In this document: positions 10,596 to 20,499 of the stretch, piece after piece
Layout of the letters: each line of letters begins with the position of its first letter
Numbering within the stretch: position 1 is the stretch's first letter
Source of the DNA: Candidatus Poribacteria bacterium
Lineage (GTDB): Bacteria; Poribacteria; WGA-4E; WGA-3G
NCBI GenBank assembly: GCA_028824125.1
Contig: JAPPES010000036.1
Span: 15,476-79,475, forward strand
Direction: 5' to 3'
Length of the DNA: 64,000 nucleotides
Program-made: the position numbers and the translations under genes
Notes under the pieces: model-generated
What the model was told of the DNA's origin: nothing
Databases searched by the model: none
What the model saw: the letters and a program-made list of their open reading frames with translations, nothing else

Positions 10596-10676
10596 GGTCG
10601 CGATTCGGAGATCGCTCCTACCGATGGGCTTGAAAGTAGGCGGGAACTTCGATTCCCGCCTACTTTCAAGCCCATC
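10596..10676. repeat. intergenic repeat (family C) with a 23 bp-stem palindrome
   Basis: A gtcgcgattcggagatcgctcctac module is followed by the perfect palindrome gatgggcttgaaagtaggcgggaacttcgattcccgcctactttcaagcccatc. The module recurs at 43881..43905. Confidence 0.55.
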
Positions 10677-10728
10677 AATAGCATTTGACACAGCACTAAG
10701 TTGTCACACATAGTAACAAAATCTGTCC

Positions 10729-10810
10729 GAAGATTAATTTATTAATTCGGTAATTTTTGTCCGCACGAGGCGCGGATACCCTACTGCTGGCGAGGTTTCC
10801 GAACCTCGCC
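10729..10810. repeat. family B repeat copy (inverted orientation)
   Basis: The gaagattaatttattaattcggtaattt segment and the ggcgaggtttccgaacctcgcc hairpin are shared with 1443..1615. Confidence 0.5.
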
Positions 10811-10879
10811 ACATTTCTGATTCATTCTTCCAAACGAAAAATCGTTCTTTCCTCCAAAAATTCCAAATTTTTCTGAAAA

Positions 10880-10912
10880 TATGCAATTTTGCACCACAAA
10901 ATCGCGTCTATA
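10880..10912 (+). promoter_or_regulatory. candidate ECF-type promoter (TGCAA-N16-CGCGTCTA) upstream of the sigma-fusion gene
   Basis: A CGCGTC element lies 40 nt upstream of the ATG. The same element is conserved upstream of all four paralogous sigma-fusion genes. Confidence 0.4.
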
Positions 10913-10947
10913 CTAATCAAAAGACCAATTTGCTATTGAGGTATCAG

Positions 10948-13920
10948 ATGATATACGATGATGCGAACTTGATTCAACGAACCTTAGAAGGGGATCAACA
11001 AGCGTTTGCAGAACTTGTGGAAAAATACCAAAAACAGGTCCACGCATTAGCGTGGCAGAAGATCGGTGATTTTCACATTGCCCAAGAGATTACACAGGAT
11101 ACGTTCCTTACGGCATATCACAAGCTCACGACGCTCAAAGACCCTAATCGTTTTGCGGGATGGCTCTATGTGATTGCGAACCGCAAATGCATCGCGTGGC
11201 ACCGAAAGAAGTCCCCACAACCACAATCTTTAGAAGCGATGAACCCGATTGAATTAGAGGAGGTATATTATTCAGTGTATATGACTCAAAAACGCGAAGA
11301 AGCAGCAAATCAAAAACGACGTGAAGTGGTGCAGAAGTTGCTCAGTAAGCTGCAAGAGAGTGAACGCACAGTTGTCAATCTGTATTACATCGCAGAAATG
11401 ACATGTGAAGATATTGGCAAATTTTTAGGCGTATCTCCAAATACCGTCCGCAGCCGACTTCACCGCGCACGCAACCGTTTAAGGAAGGAAGAAACGATGA
11501 TTAAGGAAAACTTAAGTAGCTTCCAACTGCCGACACAATTGACGGAAAACATCATGAAAGAGATTTCACACATCAACCCTGCTGCACCGTCCGGTAGCAA
11601 ACCTTTACTACCATGGGCAATTGCTGCTTCCACGTTAGCAGTTGTGTTGCTTATGCTCGGTTTTGGAAACCACCAGTACCTAACGCGTTTTCAGAAACCT
11701 TATAGTTTTGACGCTGCCACTGAAATGACGGTTGACATCATTGACGCACCAATAGTCGTGAACCTTGAGTCCAAACCTGATGTGCAGACGCAAATCGGAA
11801 GTTTTATTGCATTAGACGAACTCAATAATTCTGAACAACAACCTAATAATGCTTCTGCAGCGATTGCAGAAGCACAAGGAGACGAAATAGTGGAAGATTA
11901 CACAAAATGGGAATTGCCGAAAGAAGCGAAAGCGCGTTTTGGCAAAGGTGGGATTAATGTGCTTCGATTTTCACCAGATGGTAGACAACTCGCGGTAGGT
12001 AGTAGTATAGGTACTTGGCTTTATGATGTGAAAACGGGGAAAGAACTGTCTATGTTCCCCGGTAAATGCAAATTCATCACATTCTCTCCAGATGGCCGCT
12101 TCCTTGCGAATATTGTTACCGGGAAGGTAACCCAGTTGTGGGAAGTAGCTACCGGGCAGAAAGTATTATTCAATGATAGTTTACCGAAAGCCTCAGTATT
12201 GCGATTCTCTGAAGACGGTAAAACACTTTATGCTTTGAGTGCCGAGGGAGATTCAATCAGTCAGTTAGATGTTAAAACAGGAAAAGGGAGTGTAAAGCAT
12301 ACTGAAGAGCAAACAAGCGGGGAGTCTTTAGTTCTTTTTGCGCTCACACATGATAAATTTGCAGTCGGAACAGAAACTAAGATTGAATTGTGGGACACAA
12401 CGACCGGCAAAATACTGTCTACACTCAAGGGAAATATGTCTCTTTTAACCTTGGAATTTTCACCTGATGGCACACGTGTCGCGAGTGCAGGTAAGAGTAG
12501 CGATAACACAGTCACATTACAATTATGGGATACCGAAAGTAAGGAGTCAACTCTCCTCCATAAACACAAAAGGTGGGTCAACGCGTTAGCATTCTCTCCT
12601 GACGGAAAAATGCTGGCAAGCGGCGGGACTGATAAGACAGTGCAGTTGTGGGATTCCGCCACCGGTGAGCCTCTTACCACTTTCACAGGTCATAGCAGCG
12701 GCATCAATGCTTTAACATTTTCACCAGATAATCGCACACTTGCCAGTGGGAGTGCAGATGGCACAGTCCGGTTTTGGAATATTAAGACGGGAGATCCATT
12801 ACCCACCCGCATCTACCAACACACAATGGAGGTGGAAGCAGTGACTTTCTTTAAAGATAACGCCACGCTTGCAAGTGTCGCGTATGATGGGGTCGTTAGC
12901 TTGTGGGATGTGAAAACATTACAAAAAATCGATACCAAAACATTACGAAAAACTGATTTCTACCATAAAGAAGATCAAGATAGAGAATACCAAGATTGGT
13001 TATCGGCTGCAGCGTTTTCACCTGATGGGACAAAGATCGTCAGTGCTGGTGTAAAAGGTAACAGACTCTTCTCAGATTACGCTATGGCTGAGTATACAGA
13101 GGATCAATTGGTTCGTCTGAGTGATGTTAGGACAGGCCATGAATTGCAGACTTTAGCTAAGGAAGGAGGTTCCTCATTCGTGACTTTTTCACCTGATGGA
13201 AAAACGGTGGCATTCGCCAATTTTGGTAAGATTCGCGTATGGAATACGGAGACAGATGAGACTTTTGATATATCTCTCGATATGTTATCTCTCGATATAT
13301 CTCACTTAGATCAAAATGATATTGACAAGTTATCTGACCAACGTAAGTCAGAAATCAGTGCACTTAAGCCTGGTATCAGTGCTTTGGTTTTTTCACCGGA
13401 CGGTGAAAAACTTATCAGTGGAACCCATGGCGGAAAGGCCCAGATGTGGGATGTGAAAACGGGAGTTCCGTTAGCACGCCTTTTTGAAGGGAAGGAACCG
13501 ATAGTAGAAGGCATTCCCCCTAATATTCATATCACCTATCAGGAACATATTCGAACATTGGCATTCTCACCAAATGGGAATTTGATTGCTATAGCAAATA
13601 ACAAACGAACCCATTTGCTACGTTTGTTGGCAGGCCATAAACATTCCCTTCTTAAGGAAATTCCGCATAGTGCCTATGCGTTAGTGTTTTCACCAAATAA
13701 TACTTTGCTTGTTATTGGACTTAGAAACGGTGCAATTGAGCTATGGGATGTTGAAACTTGGGACAAACTTACCACACTCGATGGGCATTCAGGAGCAGTA
13801 GGAACGTTGGTGTTCTCACCCGATGGCAAAACACTCGTGAGTACAGGGCAAGATGGCACAATTCTTTTGTGGGATTGGGATGAGGTTCTAAAGGGTTCCA
13901 ACCGAGAGAAAAATAAGTAA
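10948..13920 (+). CDS. ECF sigma factor domain - single TM helix - WD40 beta-propeller fusion protein
   Basis: The N-terminus has sigma-70 region 2 (HALAWQKIGDFHIAQEITQDTFL...FAGWLYVIANRKC) and region 4 (ERTVVNLYYIAEMTCEDIGKFLGVSPNTVRSRLHRARNRL). A hydrophobic helix (LLPWAIAASTLAVVLLMLGF) follows. After that come many WD repeats (LWDTTTGK, LWDSATGE, LWDVKT...). The ATG at 10948 was chosen by alignment to the paralog N-termini (MIYDDANLIQRTLEGD), with GAGGT as RBS. Confidence 0.8.
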   Translation: MIYDDANLIQRTLEGDQQAFAELVEKYQKQVHALAWQKIGDFHIAQEITQDTFLTAYHKLTTLKDPNRFAGWLYVIANRKCIAWHRKKSPQPQSLEAMNPIELEEVYYSVYMTQKREEAANQKRREVVQKLLSKLQESERTVVNLYYIAEMTCEDIGKFLGVSPNTVRSRLHRARNRLRKEETMIKENLSSFQLPTQLTENIMKEISHINPAAPSGSKPLLPWAIAASTLAVVLLMLGFGNHQYLTRFQKPYSFDAATEMTVDIIDAPIVVNLESKPDVQTQIGSFIALDELNNSEQQPNNASAAIAEAQGDEIVEDYTKWELPKEAKARFGKGGINVLRFSPDGRQLAVGSSIGTWLYDVKTGKELSMFPGKCKFITFSPDGRFLANIVTGKVTQLWEVATGQKVLFNDSLPKASVLRFSEDGKTLYALSAEGDSISQLDVKTGKGSVKHTEEQTSGESLVLFALTHDKFAVGTETKIELWDTTTGKILSTLKGNMSLLTLEFSPDGTRVASAGKSSDNTVTLQLWDTESKESTLLHKHKRWVNALAFSPDGKMLASGGTDKTVQLWDSATGEPLTTFTGHSSGINALTFSPDNRTLASGSADGTVRFWNIKTGDPLPTRIYQHTMEVEAVTFFKDNATLASVAYDGVVSLWDVKTLQKIDTKTLRKTDFYHKEDQDREYQDWLSAAAFSPDGTKIVSAGVKGNRLFSDYAMAEYTEDQLVRLSDVRTGHELQTLAKEGGSSFVTFSPDGKTVAFANFGKIRVWNTETDETFDISLDMLSLDISHLDQNDIDKLSDQRKSEISALKPGISALVFSPDGEKLISGTHGGKAQMWDVKTGVPLARLFEGKEPIVEGIPPNIHITYQEHIRTLAFSPNGNLIAIANNKRTHLLRLLAGHKHSLLKEIPHSAYALVFSPNNTLLVIGLRNGAIELWDVETWDKLTTLDGHSGAVGTLVFSPDGKTLVSTGQDGTILLWDWDEVLKGSNREKNK

Positions 13921-14280
13921 ATACGTGAGTTCGGAAAAAGATTTAGGGTTATAGAGAAAGTCATGCGTCCTTGATTGCTGGCGTTGTGTGAATGGTTTTA
14001 TTGACGGGATACAAGAAGCGTGTTATAATAGTCCTGCAAACAATTAGTGTTCAACACGTGTTTGTACTTGCATTATCCTGAAGGCAGGTTCGCCTCCTGT
14101 CATCGGCGGGTGGCCGGGGATAATACACGTCCTGCGTGGAGACGAAAACCTTGCACTTAAAATTATTGTAAACCCGCTCAAAATTAGCGGAGGCTTTGAA
14201 AATTCAATCTGTTTTTGGAATAATGGGTAAAGGTTAAGGCAGAAAAAGTAAAATATAACACCAATAGGAGATATATTTCA

Positions 14281-16473
14281 ATGCCACACTCAAAATTCTC
14301 TTTCTTTTTATTCATTTTCCTATTAATCACAGTGGTTACTTTCATTGCACAACTTGAGGCAGAAGAGGTGAGCAACGAACAGGAGCGCGCGATAACACAA
14401 GAATTCATCACAGCGGCACAAAAATTCGTAGAACTTGGTGAAATAGATAAAGCAATAGAAATCTACGAACGAATTGTGAAGGGTACCCCCGATGATTTAG
14501 AATCTCGCGCACAACTCGCAACGCTTTACACCCGCACAAAACAATATGAAAAAGCTGCGCAAACATGGGAAAAATTGCTTGAAACTGACCCAGAAAACAC
14601 AAAATATCAAGATGGTCTTGTTTATAGTTTACGAGCTGTTGGTGAAGTGGACGAGGCATTTGAAATTGCGCAGGCATACATCCAAACGGAGCCAGAAGTG
14701 GGTGCCCATTATGCACGCCTCGCAAGGTTGTATGAGGCAGAAGGTAAGGTAGGTGAGGCCATTACCAACTACGAAAAAGCAATTGAATTGGCACCCGGTG
14801 ATGTACAAGTACAAACTTATCTCAAACTCGCAAACCATTATTTTTTAAATGAGGACATAGCGGCTGCTGAAAAAATATTGAAGAATGCCATGCTATACAC
14901 ACGATCAGAATTCGATAGGCGAGATATCGAACTGCAATTGATCAAACTCTATCTTTATCAGGGGAATTTGGGAGAAGTATTACAAAAGGTTGAAGCTGAA
15001 GGCATCCCACTCTCTTATGAAATATCAAATGCGAAAGAACGTGCACAGCACTTTCTCAACACTGGTGAATTGGAAAAATCTGCGGCTTATTTTAAGATAG
15101 CACTTGTAACAGCCAAGAGTTCTTATGATCGAGGTAGTATTTCTAATGAATTGCTCAAGGTCTACTTAGAACAAGACAGGACAGACTTGGCATTAGAACT
15201 CTACGAAGCAGAAGCATCAGAGCAGTCCAGATCAACACTTGTCGCAACAACTTTCGGCCCATTTGATATTAACGTCAAATTCGGTAGTGATGACGCACGC
15301 GAAATCCTGGTTAATACCTATAAAAATCGAGGGGAACTTGATGTGTTAAGAACGCTTTTAGAAGATAAACTTGAGAAAAACGCTGATAATCCTGCTGTTA
15401 TTGAAATGCTTGCTGAAATTTATTGGAATGTCAACGATTATCAGAAAGCTGCTGAAGCGTATCACGTCCTTAGCAAAGCAGAGTCGAACAATATCCGCAG
15501 CTTTTACTATGCAGCTGCTGCCTTCCAGAAAAGTAACCAGCCTGATATGGCAAAAGAGTTACTGAACCGAGCCGAAACCGCGCTTACATCTGTCAACTAT
15601 AGACAGGACGGATCATTCCTCGGCGCACTTGCTACCATCTGTCTTAAGAATGAAATGTATGAGCCGGCTATAAAACTCGCTGGTAACGCTATCATTGAAG
15701 CACAGAATTTCGTTGATCCGGATATAGAATTCATTTTGAATATCCGTAAAGATATCATTGAAGCACAGAATTCCGTTGATCCGGATATAGAACGCGTTGG
15801 TAACGCTATCATTGAAACACAGAATTCCGGTAACACTTTGGTTGTGAATGCATGTTTGAGGACCATTTGTAAAAGCCGCCTCGGCCTAGCTAAATACTAC
15901 AGTCAAAACAACATACCCGATAAAGCAATGGAACAGATGCAACAAACCGGCATTATTCATGAAAATGCGTGGTTGGTTCTCGGACCATTTGACAATACCA
16001 CAGGAATCGGATATGATACGGAGTACATTTTTGAAAACATGACACAGATTGATCTCACCGCAAAGTATGGGGGTGTCAACAAACAGATAAGTTGGAAAAA
16101 GTTTACGGATGCTGCTTTTGACGGTTTTATCGATCTCGGTAGGAATATCAATTGGCGTGTTGCTTATGCATGGGCAACTGTAACCTCACCTGATAAACGA
16201 GAAGTGTTTTTTAGATTTGGTAGTGATGACCAATCAAAAATATGGCTAAATGGCACAGAGGTATTCGCGGATACCAACGCTCAAACTGCAATACTTGACA
16301 GACACGCTATTCCTGTAACCCTCAAGGCAGGTAAAAACACTATCCTCGTCAAGGTTTGCAATGAGGAAATAGATTGGGGATTCTATCTACGGGTTACGGA
16401 TGCTGATGGAAAACCTTTCAAAGACTTGAAAATTAACAATATGCATGATAAATTGAAGAGTATGCATGAATAA
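14281..16473 (+). CDS. secreted TPR-repeat protein with a C-terminal ~180 aa beta-sandwich-like domain
   Basis: A signal peptide (MPHSKFSFFLFIFLLITVVTFIAQLEA) is followed by TPR-like helices. The C-terminal module is LGPFDN...WRVAYAWATVTSPDKREVFFRFGSDDQSKIWLNGTEVF...LVKVCNEEIDWGFYLRVTDADGKPF. Confidence 0.65.
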   Translation: MPHSKFSFFLFIFLLITVVTFIAQLEAEEVSNEQERAITQEFITAAQKFVELGEIDKAIEIYERIVKGTPDDLESRAQLATLYTRTKQYEKAAQTWEKLLETDPENTKYQDGLVYSLRAVGEVDEAFEIAQAYIQTEPEVGAHYARLARLYEAEGKVGEAITNYEKAIELAPGDVQVQTYLKLANHYFLNEDIAAAEKILKNAMLYTRSEFDRRDIELQLIKLYLYQGNLGEVLQKVEAEGIPLSYEISNAKERAQHFLNTGELEKSAAYFKIALVTAKSSYDRGSISNELLKVYLEQDRTDLALELYEAEASEQSRSTLVATTFGPFDINVKFGSDDAREILVNTYKNRGELDVLRTLLEDKLEKNADNPAVIEMLAEIYWNVNDYQKAAEAYHVLSKAESNNIRSFYYAAAAFQKSNQPDMAKELLNRAETALTSVNYRQDGSFLGALATICLKNEMYEPAIKLAGNAIIEAQNFVDPDIEFILNIRKDIIEAQNSVDPDIERVGNAIIETQNSGNTLVVNACLRTICKSRLGLAKYYSQNNIPDKAMEQMQQTGIIHENAWLVLGPFDNTTGIGYDTEYIFENMTQIDLTAKYGGVNKQISWKKFTDAAFDGFIDLGRNINWRVAYAWATVTSPDKREVFFRFGSDDQSKIWLNGTEVFADTNAQTAILDRHAIPVTLKAGKNTILVKVCNEEIDWGFYLRVTDADGKPFKDLKINNMHDKLKSMHE
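15683..15835 (+). repeat. in-frame tandem repeat (about 3 copies of ~48 nt) inside the TPR gene
   Basis: The unit atcattgaagcacagaattccgttgatccggatatagaa is repeated. It encodes AIIEAQNxVDPDIE. Confidence 0.7.
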
Positions 16474-16519
16474 TTCTAAAGTCTATCATAGTTATAACCT
16501 TAGGAGGGGATATATTTCA

Positions 16520-19500
16520 ATGCCACACTCAAAATTCTCTTTCTTTTTAATCATTTTCCTATTAATCACAGTGGTTACTTTCGTTGCAGAACTTGAGGCA
16601 GAAGAGGTGAGCAACGAACAGGAACGCGCGATAACACAAGAATTTATCGCAGCGGCGCAAAAATTCGTAGAACTTGGTGAAATAGATAAAGCAATAGAAA
16701 TCTATGAACGAATTGTGAAAGGCACACCTGAAGACTTGGAATCTCGCGCACAACTCGCAACACTTTACACACGCACAAATCAGCACGAAAAAGCTGCGCA
16801 AACCTACAGCAAACTGCTTGAAGCTGACCCAGAAAACATAAAATATCAAGATGCGCTTGTGAATAGCTTACAAACTGCTGGCAAACACAACGAGGCCCTT
16901 GAAATCGCGCAGACTTATGTTCAAATGCAGCCGGAAGTAGGTGTCCATTACGCACGACTCGCAAGACTTTATGAGGCAGAAGGTAATGAAGCTGCAGCCC
17001 TCGCAAACTATAAAAAAGCTACTGTATTCGAATACGGTGACGAAAAAATCTATCTCAGACTCGCAGAACATTATTTTCTTAATGATGACATAGATGCTTC
17101 TGAAAAAGCATTGAAAAACGCCATGATATACACTACATCAAAATGGGATCAAGAAAGGATTGAACGGCAATTGGTCAACCTCTATCGTTATCAGGGAAAT
17201 TTAGAAGAGATGCTACAGAAGGCTGAAGCGGAAGGCACACTCACATTCGAGATGCAAAAACAACGGGCACGACACTTTTACAATATTGGTGAATTGGAAA
17301 AAGCTGCTGTTCACCTTAAGAAAGCTTTGGAAATGACTAATAGTTCTTATGAGCAAAATAAAATTTCTAATGAGTTGCTCAATGTCCATTTAAAACAAGA
17401 TAGTTTAGACTTGGCATTAGAACTCTACGAGACAGAAGCATCAAAGCAGACCGACTCAACATACATCTCAACATCTTTCAGTGTATCCGGTATTATAAGG
17501 ACATTAGGTGGTGATGATGCACGCAAAACTTTGATAAATGCCTATAAAAACCGAGGGAAACTTGATGTATTGAGAACCCTTTTTGAAGGTAAACTTGAAA
17601 AGGATGCTGCCAACCCTGCTATTATTGAAATGCTCGCTGAACTTTACTGGGATACCAATGATTATCAGAAAGCTGCTGAAGCATATCACATGCTTAGCAA
17701 AACTAAACCGATGAAGCGTAGGAATATTCGCAGCTTTTATCATGCAGCTGCTGCCTTTCACAAAAGCAACCAGCCTGATATGGTGAAAGCGATATTGAAC
17801 CAAGCCGATACTGAGCTTGCAGCCAGCAGCAACTTTAAGGAGGACACGTCATTCCTCGGGGCACTTGCCACTATCTGCATTAATAGTAAAATGTATGCCC
17901 CGGCTATAAAACTCGCCGATGCCGCTGTCACTGAAGCAGAGGCTTCCGGCGACAATTGGGAACTGGAGTATCTGTATGGGATTCTGGCGAAGAGTTACCT
18001 CGGCGCAAAACGTTATAAAGAGGCTTTTGAGGCATGTCAGCAGGTAGCAGATGTTGATGAGAATAGCTACGTGCGAGGAAGAGCAGAAATGGAAATGAAT
18101 AAAATTGCCAAAGAAGGAAAACTTTATGAAAAATGGATACCGGAACAACTGAAGAAGACTGCGGAGAATCCTAACGATCCGAAACCCATCTTGAAACTCG
18201 CCCAAAGTTACGAAGCCACTGATGAAATTGAAGAAGCGATTGCACAATATGAAAAACTCACTGAACTTGAACCAGAAAAATCACAGTGGCACAAAAAACT
18301 TGGAGAACTTTACCAAAATCTACCGCAAGAGAGCCGTGAAATAGGCACTGCGTCTGATGAGTTAAGCCCCGAACAATTGGCGAAATCAATAGCTGCTTAT
18401 GAAAAAGCAGTTGAACTTGAACCGACTTCATACCAACTTTACGACCTATTGGCGAAATCCCATATCAAATCTGATCGCACTTCTGATGCCGAAAAGATAT
18501 ATCGTCGGGCATTGGATGCCTCTCTAAAACAAAGTGAACATGATTCTGCAATTCGCGCTATTATCCAACTTTACGCTGATGAAGGGCAAGAAAACAAACA
18601 GATCGCTTTCCTTGAAGAGATACGTCAAAAATTGGCGAAAATGGATGATAGTGCTGTCCTGCACGAACTTTTAGGGGATCTCTACAAAAAAGTAGGTGAT
18701 TCCGAAAAAGCGGAACTCGCCTATGCCAAATGGTTGCAAATTCGGCAGAAAGCACTCAACAGCGCACAGAGTGCATGGAGTTATCATGTTTTTGCTAATA
18801 AACTTCTTGACAAAGGACTTTATCCAGAAATAGCACTAAATTTCGCGAAACGTGCGTTCCAAAAAAGTACAGATGCAAATTATATATATCCGACAACACT
18901 TGGACGTGCATGTGTTGCCAATGGACTTTATGATGAGGCACTAAAACATTTCAAACATGCGTTAAGTGTCATATCCGACGAGCATTATTCGGATATGTTT
19001 TGGGAGGAAATCGCTGAAGCAATCAAGAATGCCAATGACAAGGAACGTTACGTCCAAATGTTGGAAGCATTGACGAATGCCATTCCAGTGGAAAATTCAA
19101 GTTCTCGTGCAAATGTCTACCGGACTTTAGCGCAATTTTATAGTGAAAATAATATGCCTGAAAAAGCGGAAAACTACCTTTTAAAAACCGGTTTTGTTCC
19201 AGAAACTGCCTGGATTACCTTAGGCACATTCGACAATAAGGATAATATGGGTCCCTATATCGCTTACATCCCAGAGGAAGCCACACAGATTGACACAACT
19301 GCAAAGTATTATGGAAAAGATAAACTCATTCGTTGGCAAAAAGTGGATGACAACAAAATAGACGGAATGATCTGGCTCGGTAGTGACATTGATTGGACTG
19401 CAACTTATACATGGGCAATTGTCTCTTCACCTGATGAACGCGATATTACAATCCGATTTGATAGCGATGACCAAGGAATAGTCTGGTTAAACGGAAAAGA

Positions 19501-20317
19501 GGTTTTTAGGCATGATAGAATGAGTGGGGCACAAGTTGACCGCTACATCGTTCCTGTTACCCTGAAGCAAGGAGAAAACACTGTTCTCCTCAAGGTCTGC
19601 AATGCAGAAATATATACGTATTTTTTTATGCGGCTTACGGACGTGGACGGTAATCCGTTTAAAGATTTGAAGTTCAAAAACGCTGATGAGTTGCTGAACG
19701 CGCCGCCTCCTACCAAACCGATCTTCCACGTAAACGTAAACCTCGGCCTAGCTGAATACTATAGTAAAAACAACATGCCCGATAAGGCGATGGAACAGAT
19801 TCGACAAACCGGTGTCATTCATGAAAATGCATGGCTGGTTCTTGGACCATTTGATAACACGGTGGGAATCGGATACAATACGAAATACATTCCCGAAGGC
19901 ACAACGCAGATTGATCTCACCGCAAAGTATGAAGGTGTCAACGAGCAGATAAGTTGGAAAAAGTTTACGGATGCTGCTTTAAACGGCTTTATTGATTTCG
20001 GTGAGGATGTCAATTGGCGTGTTTCCTACGCAATGGCAACCTTAACCTCTCCTGATGAACGAGAAGTGCTATTCCGATTTAGTAGTGATGACCAATCAAA
20101 AATATGGCTAAATGGTACAGAGGTATTCGCGGATGCCAACGCTCAATCAGCAATACTTGACAAAAACACTATTCCCGTAACGCTCAAGACAGGTAAAAAT
20201 ACCATCCTCGTCAAGGTTTGCAATGAGGAGATGAGTTGGGGATTCTATCTGCGGGTTACGGATGTTGATGGAAAACCTTTCAAAGACTTGAAAATTAACA
20301 ATGTGCAAGATAATTGA
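16520..20317 (+). CDS. secreted TPR-repeat protein, tandem paralog with two copies of the C-terminal beta-sandwich-like domain
   Basis: The first ~450 nt, including the RBS region (TAGGAGG) and signal peptide, are ~95% identical to 14260..14700. The LGxFDN...WLNG...KVCN...DGxPFKDLK module occurs twice (~19.15-19.69 kb and 19.74-20.31 kb). Confidence 0.7.
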   Translation: MPHSKFSFFLIIFLLITVVTFVAELEAEEVSNEQERAITQEFIAAAQKFVELGEIDKAIEIYERIVKGTPEDLESRAQLATLYTRTNQHEKAAQTYSKLLEADPENIKYQDALVNSLQTAGKHNEALEIAQTYVQMQPEVGVHYARLARLYEAEGNEAAALANYKKATVFEYGDEKIYLRLAEHYFLNDDIDASEKALKNAMIYTTSKWDQERIERQLVNLYRYQGNLEEMLQKAEAEGTLTFEMQKQRARHFYNIGELEKAAVHLKKALEMTNSSYEQNKISNELLNVHLKQDSLDLALELYETEASKQTDSTYISTSFSVSGIIRTLGGDDARKTLINAYKNRGKLDVLRTLFEGKLEKDAANPAIIEMLAELYWDTNDYQKAAEAYHMLSKTKPMKRRNIRSFYHAAAAFHKSNQPDMVKAILNQADTELAASSNFKEDTSFLGALATICINSKMYAPAIKLADAAVTEAEASGDNWELEYLYGILAKSYLGAKRYKEAFEACQQVADVDENSYVRGRAEMEMNKIAKEGKLYEKWIPEQLKKTAENPNDPKPILKLAQSYEATDEIEEAIAQYEKLTELEPEKSQWHKKLGELYQNLPQESREIGTASDELSPEQLAKSIAAYEKAVELEPTSYQLYDLLAKSHIKSDRTSDAEKIYRRALDASLKQSEHDSAIRAIIQLYADEGQENKQIAFLEEIRQKLAKMDDSAVLHELLGDLYKKVGDSEKAELAYAKWLQIRQKALNSAQSAWSYHVFANKLLDKGLYPEIALNFAKRAFQKSTDANYIYPTTLGRACVANGLYDEALKHFKHALSVISDEHYSDMFWEEIAEAIKNANDKERYVQMLEALTNAIPVENSSSRANVYRTLAQFYSENNMPEKAENYLLKTGFVPETAWITLGTFDNKDNMGPYIAYIPEEATQIDTTAKYYGKDKLIRWQKVDDNKIDGMIWLGSDIDWTATYTWAIVSSPDERDITIRFDSDDQGIVWLNGKEVFRHDRMSGAQVDRYIVPVTLKQGENTVLLKVCNAEIYTYFFMRLTDVDGNPFKDLKFKNADELLNAPPPTKPIFHVNVNLGLAEYYSKNNMPDKAMEQIRQTGVIHENAWLVLGPFDNTVGIGYNTKYIPEGTTQIDLTAKYEGVNEQISWKKFTDAALNGFIDFGEDVNWRVSYAMATLTSPDEREVLFRFSSDDQSKIWLNGTEVFADANAQSAILDKNTIPVTLKTGKNTILVKVCNEEMSWGFYLRVTDVDGKPFKDLKINNVQDN

Positions 20318-20326
20318 GGGGTGTGC

Positions 20327-20499
20327 ATAATTATTTTGCACATCAACACAGACAGGGACAGGCGCCATGTGCCGCTTGATTCATAGAAATGCTGTTTAAT
20401 CGCAATTCATTGCGCCTCTTTGAACTTGTGGACGGCACACGGCGTGTGCCTACTACCTTTAAGCGCATATTTAAATCGGAATTATTTATGCACACCCCT
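20327..20499. repeat. MITE-like element between convergent genes
   Basis: 19 bp terminal inverted repeats (gggtgtgcataattatttt / aattatttatgcacacccc) flank a segment containing the ggcacacggcgtgtgcc palindrome, the same palindrome as at 10482. The right arm overlaps the stop codon of the minus-strand sigma-fusion gene. Confidence 0.55.

Noticed and set aside
10623-10676. TTCGATTCC T-loop-like sequence (gcgggaacttcgattcccgcc) that could suggest a tRNA gene or tRNA-derived element
   Set aside because: It is the apex of a perfect 23 bp-stem palindrome. No acceptor stem, D-arm or anticodon arm can be drawn. A related copy at 43847..43870 is also part of a repeat.
12261-12686. 141 aa minus-strand ORF inside the 10948..13920 gene
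   Set aside because: The same antisense-to-WD40 artefact applies here.
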